This document shows, in pieces, positions 54,366-63,007 of a DNA stretch of 64,000 bases. The notes beneath the pieces are model-generated. The model was given only the letters and a program-made list of their open reading frames with translations, searched no databases and was not told where the DNA came from. Source of the stretch: Thermoplasmatota archaeon (GTDB lineage: Archaea > Thermoplasmatota > Poseidoniia > Poseidoniales > Thalassarchaeaceae); NCBI GenBank assembly GCA_030828405.1, contig JAURCP010000005.1, positions 18,945 through 82,944 of the forward strand, given 5' to 3'. Positions within the stretch are counted from its first letter, which is position 1, and every line of letters starts with the position of its first letter. Made by a program: the position numbers and the translations under genes.

Positions 54366-55517
54366 ATGTCAGTGAAAAGAGATTATTATGAGGTTCTAGA
54401 TATTAAAAGAGATGCTAGTCAATCAGAAATTAAGAAATCATTTCGTAGTTTAGCAAGAAAATTTCATCCAGATAAGAATCCTAATGATCCAGAATCTGAA
54501 TTAAAATTCAAAGAAGTTCAAGAAGCGTATGCGATTCTTTCAAATCCTAGTGAAAAGAAAAAATATGACACTTATGGGCACAACGGTCCCGGGGGATCAC
54601 CATTTGGAGCTGGCGGATTCCAAGGCGTGAATATTAGTGTTGAAGATTTGTTTGGAGGAGGTTTTGAGAGTGTTTTCAGTTCAATCTTTGGTTCTTCCAG
54701 TCCAAGAAGAAATAAGAGGCAAAGAGGTTCTGATTTACTTGTCAGTCATTCAATTCCATTCGAAGCTGTAATGAATGGATGTGAAGAATCATTAGAATTT
54801 GAGGTATTAAAAACATGTGAAGATTGCAATGGTTTTGGTTCAAAAAATATGGATGATGTTAGAGAATGTCCTGCTTGTGATGGGCGTGGGCGTATCCAAA
54901 GAATAGAGAGATTAGGGCCATTTACTCAACAAGTAGTTTCTGATTGTACATCATGCAGAGGAGAGGGTAGAATTATTCAGAACCCTTGCTCTAATTGTAG
55001 AGGCGAAGGCCGTGCTAATCAGACTAAAAAAGTACAATTTACAGTCCCTCCAGGTATAGAAAACGGTCAAAGACTTAGGATGTCAGGTTATGGGGAATCA
55101 TCTAAATCTGAAAACGGTGAATCTGGCCATTTGTATATTGAGATAGATGTTCAAGAACATGAATGGTTTGAAAGAGATGGTGCTGATTTACTGATGGCAT
55201 TACCTTTAACATTCACAGATTTGGTACTAGGTACTACGGTAGAAATCCCTCATTTAGATGGTGAAATTCTGAAAATTAAAATTCCTCCTGGCTCAAAACC
55301 TAGTCAAACAATTTCTGTAAAAGGTCGTGGTTTACCCAGTAATCGAGCACGTAATGGGCGTGGTTCAATTATGGTACTTTTAAAATTAGATATGCCCGAA
55401 AAAATCACCAGAACCTTCAAGAAAAAATTGATTAACATCAGAGATGAAATGAACTACTCTAATGAAGAACTCGAAGAAAAAATCCGTAAAGAAGCTAGAT
55501 CAAGACGCAATGGTTAA
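54366..55517 (+). CDS. dnaJ: molecular chaperone DnaJ (type I Hsp40)
   Basis: J domain DYYEVLDIKRDASQSEIKKSFRSLARKFHPDKN, a G/F-rich linker, and four CxxCxGxG repeats (CEDCNGFG, CPACDGRG, CTSCRGEG, CSNCRGEG). SD AGGTGA at 54356-54361. Confidence 0.95.
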   Translation: MSVKRDYYEVLDIKRDASQSEIKKSFRSLARKFHPDKNPNDPESELKFKEVQEAYAILSNPSEKKKYDTYGHNGPGGSPFGAGGFQGVNISVEDLFGGGFESVFSSIFGSSSPRRNKRQRGSDLLVSHSIPFEAVMNGCEESLEFEVLKTCEDCNGFGSKNMDDVRECPACDGRGRIQRIERLGPFTQQVVSDCTSCRGEGRIIQNPCSNCRGEGRANQTKKVQFTVPPGIENGQRLRMSGYGESSKSENGESGHLYIEIDVQEHEWFERDGADLLMALPLTFTDLVLGTTVEIPHLDGEILKIKIPPGSKPSQTISVKGRGLPSNRARNGRGSIMVLLKLDMPEKITRTFKKKLINIRDEMNYSNEELEEKIRKEARSRRNG

Positions 55518-57637
55518 TCCCATTCAATAATTTTATTTGGTGTCGCAGCCAACGGCTCTCCTTCAACTAGTCCAGATAACTCTAAAGCTATGTTTGCAGA
55601 CTCACCCTCTAATGCAACTCTCAGGAATATTTGTGATTTCTTAGGCAAAGTATCTATGAATATCTCATCTTTTTTTGAGAGATAATTAGGTGAAACATCA
55701 GTTATTGAGAGTTTACTACCTTCTGGATAATTAAGTCTGATTGACGCAACTTCCCACGCCCAATCAGAGGTTTTTAATCCCAAAAGAAGATTATTATTAT
55801 CTTCAGAAATCTTCCAAGCACAAATTTCAATTTGTTCAGTCAGATGTCTTAGTTCAGGCAGACCCCATATTTCATTTATTGAACTCCAGGGGCTTTCCCC
55901 TAACTGCATTAAAGCAGAATCCAATATCCCTTGGAAATCCCCATTCTCATTTTTTTGTTGAGATATTCTTTCTCTAATTCTAATTAATTTTTTTCTTTCA
56001 TGCTGTTGCATTTCTATCGAACCATCTCCAAGCCGTAAAATCACGCCTCTATTCCAGAATAATACTATCATAAGAGGACTTAACATCAAAATTCCAATCA
56101 AGATATAGAAATTATTGAACATCCAAGAAAGATCTTCATAATCTTCAATAATTGGGGCTTCATATTCTCCAAGATATTCTAATTTAAATATATAATCAAT
56201 TTCAACATTTTCAGCGGCTCTTCTTTCTATCCTTAGTGAATGGTTTCCGTAAGGTAAAACAATGACCTGTCCATTAGATGTGTTTACAAGTGCACCGTTA
56301 TTTTGATTAATCTCTTGTATGGTGTAGTTTACTTCAGATTTAATTACTTCATTCAGATAAACTTTTGAGCCATTTTCGTCTAAAATTTTGATCCAAAAGA
56401 TATCTATATTATCTCCATTATGGAGGCTTCCTGATATCTCAGAATCCAATTCTACTTCATTCCATCTTTCATCCGGTGCTTCTATCCATTTGGACTCTGG
56501 TGCATCAGAAAATTTCATTCCATCCATAGCTCTTAATGGATTTAATGAAAGGTTCCATCTAGTTGTTTCACTTGATTTAATCCAAATTTCCAAAGAAGAG
56601 GTATTTCCATTTGATTCAATTATATCGGGGCAAAGTCCATTTGTCAAAGAGATATTCTCTTTATTTCCGTAATAGTCGATCAAAAATAATCCAAATACAA
56701 CGCCCTCATTGCTAGCGGTACAAATTAGTGATATTTTCATATCTGCACCCATACTAAACAAGATAGAATCTCCATTTGAATCAGATTTAGCGATATATGA
56801 TTCATAGTTCCAAGAAGTATGATAGGTTAATGGCTTTCCATGATTCCAAGGAATTTGTAGTTCTTCCCCATTACCATATTCATTAGTCTGATTATTCCTA
56901 TATAATTCAAATTTGTATGGTTGAACGTCTTCATCGGAAGTAGAAATAATTCGAATCCATAATTCGCTTTCTTTTGGGTATTCTAAAAGATTCTCTTGTT
57001 CGCTTAAGTCATTTGAAACTAACTGTTTCACACTGTCATTTCGATGCCATAGTTCAATTTTAATGTCATTTCCACCAGTAATTTCAGAGATTACAATAAT
57101 ATCGCCTGGTTCTCCAAAAATTCTAATGGAATCTTTGTCAGAATGATTGTCTAAGACTCCTATGAACTCAATATTTCTTTGATTTCCTTCAATTAACGAG
57201 TTACAATTTCCAAGAAAACAATCGTCTTGGGTAATTAATGTATGGAAATCTCCTGGATTCCCTGGTGAAGGTATTGAATCTATTAAATCTGAATCTTCAA
57301 TGTTAGAAAAATCATTGACCATTACCATATTAATTAAAATATCATTAATACTCAAATCAGTACTTGAAAATAAACTAACAATCGCTCCATCTTCAAGAAT
57401 TCCACCCCATTCTAATTCATGGCTATCTTCTAAACTAATTATATCTCCATTGTTATTAATTTCAAGAGTTAATCCGGAACAACTAACTTTCAAGCATGTA
57501 GCACTGTACCAGAAAGGTCCTTCAAAATCAATAATTTCTTCAAAAATTATACTATTTTCTTCATTTTGCCCGCTAACGATCATAATACTTGAACTGATAA
57601 ATAGTACAGTTATCAGTAGTGCAGCGGTACGTCTCAC
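55514..57637 (-). CDS. single-pass membrane protein: signal peptide, PPC-like beta-sandwich ectodomain, TM, about 200-aa cytoplasmic domain (707 aa)
   Basis: GTG start. Signal-like RRTAALLITVLFISSSIMIVSG. Pre-peptidase-C-terminal-like DKDSIRIFGEPGDIIVISEI. TM is FYILIGILMLSPLMIVLFW. The function is unknown. Confidence 0.7.
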   Translation of the reverse strand: MRRTAALLITVLFISSSIMIVSGQNEENSIIFEEIIDFEGPFWYSATCLKVSCSGLTLEINNNGDIISLEDSHELEWGGILEDGAIVSLFSSTDLSINDILINMVMVNDFSNIEDSDLIDSIPSPGNPGDFHTLITQDDCFLGNCNSLIEGNQRNIEFIGVLDNHSDKDSIRIFGEPGDIIVISEITGGNDIKIELWHRNDSVKQLVSNDLSEQENLLEYPKESELWIRIISTSDEDVQPYKFELYRNNQTNEYGNGEELQIPWNHGKPLTYHTSWNYESYIAKSDSNGDSILFSMGADMKISLICTASNEGVVFGLFLIDYYGNKENISLTNGLCPDIIESNGNTSSLEIWIKSSETTRWNLSLNPLRAMDGMKFSDAPESKWIEAPDERWNEVELDSEISGSLHNGDNIDIFWIKILDENGSKVYLNEVIKSEVNYTIQEINQNNGALVNTSNGQVIVLPYGNHSLRIERRAAENVEIDYIFKLEYLGEYEAPIIEDYEDLSWMFNNFYILIGILMLSPLMIVLFWNRGVILRLGDGSIEMQQHERKKLIRIRERISQQKNENGDFQGILDSALMQLGESPWSSINEIWGLPELRHLTEQIEICAWKISEDNNNLLLGLKTSDWAWEVASIRLNYPEGSKLSITDVSPNYLSKKDEIFIDTLPKKSQIFLRVALEGESANIALELSGLVEGEPLAATPNKIIEWD

Positions 57638-57699
57638 ACCTCATCGGACACGGCCTCCTCTTAGAATGCTTCAAGCGAAATGCTTCGTCCGCACTATGT

Positions 57700-59484
57700 A
57701 TGGAAGAGAGGCCGTTAGCCCGAAGCGTAGTCGCTAGACAGCGTTTTGGGCGTTTATTTAGCTTAGGTGACCGAAATTCACCTAGTTCTTGGACTCCTGC
57801 TATTATTCTAGGTAATGATGATGAAAAATTACCATATTCAATGGCGCCTTTTGAATATTCTAGAGATTCTAGTAGTTTACCTGCTAAAATTTCTATTAAG
57901 ACAAGAACAAATCTTACTTTGCCCTTTGATCAGTTAGATACATGGGCTGCCAGTGAAGGATTAGTTCTCCCGCCAAGTTTAGTAGAATCTAATTCTGGAG
58001 AATTTGGTATTGGAAAAGAAATTTTGCCTGTCTCTTGGCAATCTCTACATCATGATTTAAGTCTCAATAATAAAAATCTAGTCCCATCTATAATTATCCT
58101 AACTGATGCTCCACAATTAGCCAATCAAAAAGGCTTACTATCTGAAGCGTTATATATTATCCGAACGCGTTTCCCATCATCATTAATTTGGACACCAGGG
58201 ATAGGTGGCCCAGATAACTGTGCAATTTTAACATGGATGGGTGTTGACATTTTTGATCTAGGGAGATCAAAGCACGCCAGTTCTCTCGGAGTTATTTTAT
58301 CAGAAAATGGTCCTAGAGAAGTCGAGGAGTCAATAGATGAAGATTCCTCTATGAAATATCAAATTCAATCTTGGAAAAACTCACTTGCAGCAACTAGAGT
58401 TGCGATTAGAGAAGGTAATCTGCGTGAATTAGTAGAGAAACAGTCTATTTCCAGTCCAAGGTCAGTAGAGAGATTGAGAGTCCATGATGCTAGAATGTCT
58501 AATTTAGATGGTGGAAAATCAGGCTTAGCAAGAGTCAAAGGTCAATTTCATGAACTCAGATGTCACAGTTTTTCTAGTCGTAACGACCCCCTTATCCAAG
58601 ATTGGCGTAGAAGAGTCTCTGATAACCATCAACCTCCATCTCACCAATCCAAAGTGATGGTATTGTTACCTTGTTCAGCGACCAAGCCTTATCGTCTATC
58701 TGCTTCACATAAGAGATTTAGCCGTTCAATCACATCCAACACAATCCATGAGGTAATAGTTACTGCACCACTTGGTTTAGTACCAAGAGAACTTGAAGAC
58801 ATTTGGCCCGCTGCCAACTATGATATTCCTGTCACTGGGGACTGGGATATTGATGAACTCAATACAATCCGTGAAATGACTCATCAGTATATTTCTAGAA
58901 ATAAATTTTCAAGAGTTTTAAACCATAGTGGGATTGATATAGTGCATGAATCGATAGAGATTATTGATACTAGGAAGGGATTGACTGCAGGCTCTTCCGA
59001 CGCTCTAGAATACCTTCAAAAAATGGTTGAAAAATCTGTAAATGACTTTTCCTTGGAAGATCCTAAAGAAAGTAAACATAGGCTTGGAAAACTGCGTGCT
59101 CTTTCTAGATTTCAACATAATACTGATGATTGGTTGGATGGAACCGGAATACAAGGAAGGCCCCCAATTTTCACAATCCGTAAAGAAGGTAAACAATTAG
59201 CATTATGGAATCCTAGACTAGGTCGTTTCTCATTCACTAAAGCATGCCTTCCATTATTAGCAGAAAGTAATAAATTTCCAATTGTTAATATTATACCTGA
59301 GATAGATTGGCGCGGTGATTTGTTTTCTTCTAATGTAATAGATTATCAAGGTAGTATCCGGATTGGAGATGAAGTTTTAGTATACCAGAATAATCAACTT
59401 ATAGGGTCTGCTAGAGCCGAAGCTGCAGGCTGGGAATGGCCAAATGGGCCCAGTAGATTGGCGCGCGCTCAACACAGATTGTAA
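57700..59484 (+). CDS. arcS: archaeosine synthase ArcS (TGT-like fold plus DUF5591 plus PUA)
   Basis: LLPCSATKPYRLSASH reproduces the ArcS-specific PC-x3-KPY-x2-S-x2-H motif. The C-terminus is PUA-like: GDEVLVYQNNQLIGSARAEA. Start taken at ATG 57700; the track opens 27 codons upstream and would overlap the divergent gene. Confidence 0.85.
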   Translation: MEERPLARSVVARQRFGRLFSLGDRNSPSSWTPAIILGNDDEKLPYSMAPFEYSRDSSSLPAKISIKTRTNLTLPFDQLDTWAASEGLVLPPSLVESNSGEFGIGKEILPVSWQSLHHDLSLNNKNLVPSIIILTDAPQLANQKGLLSEALYIIRTRFPSSLIWTPGIGGPDNCAILTWMGVDIFDLGRSKHASSLGVILSENGPREVEESIDEDSSMKYQIQSWKNSLAATRVAIREGNLRELVEKQSISSPRSVERLRVHDARMSNLDGGKSGLARVKGQFHELRCHSFSSRNDPLIQDWRRRVSDNHQPPSHQSKVMVLLPCSATKPYRLSASHKRFSRSITSNTIHEVIVTAPLGLVPRELEDIWPAANYDIPVTGDWDIDELNTIREMTHQYISRNKFSRVLNHSGIDIVHESIEIIDTRKGLTAGSSDALEYLQKMVEKSVNDFSLEDPKESKHRLGKLRALSRFQHNTDDWLDGTGIQGRPPIFTIRKEGKQLALWNPRLGRFSFTKACLPLLAESNKFPIVNIIPEIDWRGDLFSSNVIDYQGSIRIGDEVLVYQNNQLIGSARAEAAGWEWPNGPSRLARAQHRL

Positions 59485-59558
59485 TAGGAATTGGTTGTTT
59501 GAGTTTGCGTAGCGATTAAAGAGGGGCAGCAAGTCGGGCGGCTACCTGAGGTCTTCAT

Positions 59559-60014
59559 ATGGCACGCATGCACAGTAAAGGAAAAGGAACTAGCGGGTCT
59601 TCTAAGCCCAATAATGATACAGCACCTTCATGGTCTGAATCAGATAAAGGAACTGTTGAAGAATTAATATTAAAATACGCTAATGAAGGTCATTCTTCAG
59701 CAAAAATTGGAACTTTACTTAGAGATATGCACGCAGTACCAGATGTCAGATTAGTTATGGGTGAAAGAATTTCTCAGACACTTTCACGTAATAATTTAGA
59801 TTCTACATATCCTGAAGACATGATGAATTTGATGCGTAAAGCATTGAGCCTCATAGATCATCTTTCAAGTAACAAGAAAGATTTACATAATCGCCGTCAA
59901 TTAGAACTTTGCGAATCAAGGCTTCGCCGTCTAGCAAAGTACTACGTTGGAACAGGGCGTATATCTTCAACATGGACATACAAACGCGATCAATTGAGAT
60001 TGATGGTTGAATGA
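59559..60014 (+). CDS. rps15: 30S ribosomal protein S15 (uS15, archaeal S15P/S13e type)
   Basis: 151 aa. MARMHSKGKGTSGS N-terminus and the C-terminal DLHNRRQLELCESRLRRLAKYY S15 helix block. SD-like GAGGT lies 6 nt before the ATG. Confidence 0.95.
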   Translation: MARMHSKGKGTSGSSKPNNDTAPSWSESDKGTVEELILKYANEGHSSAKIGTLLRDMHAVPDVRLVMGERISQTLSRNNLDSTYPEDMMNLMRKALSLIDHLSSNKKDLHNRRQLELCESRLRRLAKYYVGTGRISSTWTYKRDQLRLMVE

Positions 60015-60056
60015 TTTCTGCGTATAAGATTTAACTACTCCCTCACTCGAAGTATT

Positions 60057-60911
60057 ATGAGGCTACTAGTCGATGAGACTCAGTTTTCCTTGGTCTCAGA
60101 AATTTTATCTTCGGCCTCGAAAGAAATTGGAAGGTTAAATGAACCATTATTACTACTCTGCTTACCTACTTTATCTTCATCTTTTTCGATGGCAGCTATA
60201 GAATCATCTTTAGTAGATAACGGAGTAACCTATCGTAGAAAATTTTCCATTGAGGAACCTGATAATTCTCCTTGGATTAAGATAATAGATGATAATTCAG
60301 AAAAGACTACTCTCCAAACTAACCCATTTAGATTGACAATATCTACATTGATTGTTGACGGATTAATTAGTCATAAAGGAGACTCTAGAAAAGGACCCTT
60401 GACATCTGTTGCACAAGCCCATGCCCTTGCTCAATTAATATCCCCAAATGGTCACAGAATACGTAGATTACGCCCATGGTTAATATCTGGGAATTGGATT
60501 AATTCTGCTATGGATAATACCTACGATCCCCTTTATTCTGCATTAAGAGATATTCTCTTAGAGGAGGGAATAATTAAGGTAGTTCCAATTCCAGAAGTCC
60601 CTGAACCAAATATCTCAGAATATGAATGGATAGATGAAAATGTATTAAACGCGATTTCTTCAAGGTGGATAAGTCTTGATTTGGAAGGTAAAGCTAGAGT
60701 TTTATCTAATTTAGTTAGAGATTCATTAATTAAATCAAAGCCTTCAACTTCTAGATTAGAAGAAATTGTTTGGCATTGTGTTTTGGCACCGGGATGGTCT
60801 ACAGATTTAGCAGGGCAGATTTCCTCTGCTAGATTATATTGGGATGAAAATAATTCTAATATCGCATCTAGTAAAGTTATTGATAAATTAATTAGAGATG
60901 GAGTGATATAG
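60057..60911 (+). CDS. hypothetical protein (284 aa); possibly a degenerate DHH/RecJ-like domain
   Basis: Intact ORF directly after rps15. LLLLCLPTLSSSFSMAAIESSLVDNG and TLIVDGLISH loosely resemble DHH motifs I-III with the catalytic Asp/His residues replaced. This call is weak. Confidence 0.5.
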   Translation: MRLLVDETQFSLVSEILSSASKEIGRLNEPLLLLCLPTLSSSFSMAAIESSLVDNGVTYRRKFSIEEPDNSPWIKIIDDNSEKTTLQTNPFRLTISTLIVDGLISHKGDSRKGPLTSVAQAHALAQLISPNGHRIRRLRPWLISGNWINSAMDNTYDPLYSALRDILLEEGIIKVVPIPEVPEPNISEYEWIDENVLNAISSRWISLDLEGKARVLSNLVRDSLIKSKPSTSRLEEIVWHCVLAPGWSTDLAGQISSARLYWDENNSNIASSKVIDKLIRDGVI

Positions 60912-62927
60912 TTACTCTTCAATTCTAAGCATAACTTCGCATCCAGCACATTCTATCCTTAATGGCCTAACTTTTGATTCGACAGTATTACTCGTGCCAC
61001 AAGCCGGACATTCGATTCTAGGTAATTTATTTCTTCTATTTCTATCTTTATTTAATTTCGGAGACACAAGTGAAATTGGGAATACTAACAAGACACTCGA
61101 GGCAACAATTGCGAGAACTATTTGCATTGGCATACCCAATACATAGATTACCAACGATAATCCACCTAAGGATGATACAGAGATTAGAGCTGGTACACTG
61201 CTTCTATTCCTAGTCAAGAATAATCCTATACCGATTGCTATACACAAGGCGAAAACACATAGCATCGCAGAAATTAGAGGGCTGAATGCCATGTTTCCAG
61301 ATGGTAGAAACTCAATTCTGAAATTTTCATCTACATCTATATCATTTTGTTTAATATTAATTGTTTCTAAGAAAATCCATCTTCTATGTTCGAAATCAAG
61401 ATTCTCTGCTGAAACAGGACCTAATCCTGCTAACATAGAAGTTTTAATTTCTAAATCTATATTCGCCTCATCCCAATAATTATTTGAAGGATTACGAATA
61501 AAATTTTCAATTATCAGCTGTCTTTCATTATCGACTACGGGATACGAAGTTTCAATCTTAATAGTAATTTTTTCGGCAGCAAAAGATCTTGTTCCACCCA
61601 TATCTATTTGATACTCAGTAGGGTTTAAATCAACAGGATTTATTCCAATAATCGATTCAATATCTAATGATAAACCATTTTGCATAAATGATCTCATGTC
61701 TGAAGATGAACCGGTAATGTGAGATGTTAATGCTAGTAATTCATCATCGTCTACTTTACCATTATTTCTATGAGATGTTGCAACAGAATCAGAATACGAA
61801 TTTAAATTTTTCCACCAACTGTTTGAGTCTAAACTTGAATTACCGATGTTATCCATCCCCCACCTCATCCATTGAGACATAGCACTGTCAAAGGAGATTT
61901 CAATTTTCTTTTCTATTACATCTCCTTGAAAATCCATATCTATTTCAACACTGATTTCAGAACCGCTATCTCTTAGAGGTTCTGAAGACGGATAATAACT
62001 TCCTCCTCCTCCATTTTCATCATCAACATCTATATTGTGATTTTTTGATGCAGATATTTCTAATCCTGATTGTGGTGACAAAATGAATTCAGTAGAATAA
62101 GTGCCGCTATCTGTTAAAGCGGGCATTTCCCAGACAAATGTTACTTCAACACCTGATTCCAGAGGAGTTGCAATTGGGCTTAGAGTTAATGGGGTGCCTT
62201 GTAGGTTGAAATTACCACTAGATAGAGACCACATTTCTCCTCCAAATCCTGAATTCAGTACAATCGGGAAATATACAAGACCTGAAGTCACACTGGCTTC
62301 TTTAATTCTGATATCTACTAATGGCATTTTCACTGTGACTTTCCCTACGGAATCCTCTGAACCCCATTTGAATGTCAAACCTGCGTCTTGTGTGGGATTC
62401 GAGAAAAGTAAACTATTAACAAAAAGAGATACCTCTACCCTATCTCCATCATTTAAAGAACCAGAAGATACTTGTACTGTGATTTCTAAATCTCCTTCGG
62501 CGTTAAGAAATGGTTCTACACCATTAAGTCCTGAATTCCCTGAATAGAACGACCCTCCAATCCTAATATCTAAAGTCGCATTAATTGTGACACCTGCTGC
62601 TCCCTCAACCAAGTAAGGAATAGTGAAAGTCCAGGTTTCTGCAGGATAATCCCCCTCTGCCCCCCAAATGATTTCCCAAGAACCAACTTCAACTTCGCCT
62701 TGTTGCCATGCTGTGACGGTTGCTTCTTGCTCATCAGAAAGTTCATTCTCAAATGGTGAAAGTTTACCATTAGAAGACTCATCTAACAAAAATAAGTCAA
62801 AACTCGTATCGCTGCAACAAGATATGTCTTCTCCTACTGCATCTTGAGCATATGCGGGGGCCGTACAAAAAGAGAGCAACAATAGTCCAACTATGGTCAA
62901 GGACCTAGTGACCAAGTCCCCGTTCAT
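60912..62927 (-). CDS. surface/membrane protein: signal peptide, about 540-aa ectodomain, 2-3 TM, C-terminal zinc ribbon (671 aa)
   Basis: Signal-like LTIVGLLLLSFCTAPAYA. TMs are FSPLISAMLCVFALCIAIGIGLFL and LSLVIYVLGMPMQIVLAIVASSVLLVFPI. The terminal CPACGTSNTVESKVRPLRIECAGCEVMLRIEE is at nt 60915-61010. Confidence 0.7.
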   Translation of the reverse strand: MNGDLVTRSLTIVGLLLLSFCTAPAYAQDAVGEDISCCSDTSFDLFLLDESSNGKLSPFENELSDEQEATVTAWQQGEVEVGSWEIIWGAEGDYPAETWTFTIPYLVEGAAGVTINATLDIRIGGSFYSGNSGLNGVEPFLNAEGDLEITVQVSSGSLNDGDRVEVSLFVNSLLFSNPTQDAGLTFKWGSEDSVGKVTVKMPLVDIRIKEASVTSGLVYFPIVLNSGFGGEMWSLSSGNFNLQGTPLTLSPIATPLESGVEVTFVWEMPALTDSGTYSTEFILSPQSGLEISASKNHNIDVDDENGGGGSYYPSSEPLRDSGSEISVEIDMDFQGDVIEKKIEISFDSAMSQWMRWGMDNIGNSSLDSNSWWKNLNSYSDSVATSHRNNGKVDDDELLALTSHITGSSSDMRSFMQNGLSLDIESIIGINPVDLNPTEYQIDMGGTRSFAAEKITIKIETSYPVVDNERQLIIENFIRNPSNNYWDEANIDLEIKTSMLAGLGPVSAENLDFEHRRWIFLETINIKQNDIDVDENFRIEFLPSGNMAFSPLISAMLCVFALCIAIGIGLFLTRNRSSVPALISVSSLGGLSLVIYVLGMPMQIVLAIVASSVLLVFPISLVSPKLNKDRNRRNKLPRIECPACGTSNTVESKVRPLRIECAGCEVMLRIEE

Positions 62928-63007
62928 GAACTCCTGTGGTTAACTTATTAGACTTCAATGCGACGCTTAATAGATACAAATTAATACAATTTAACCTTAT
63001 TATTAAT

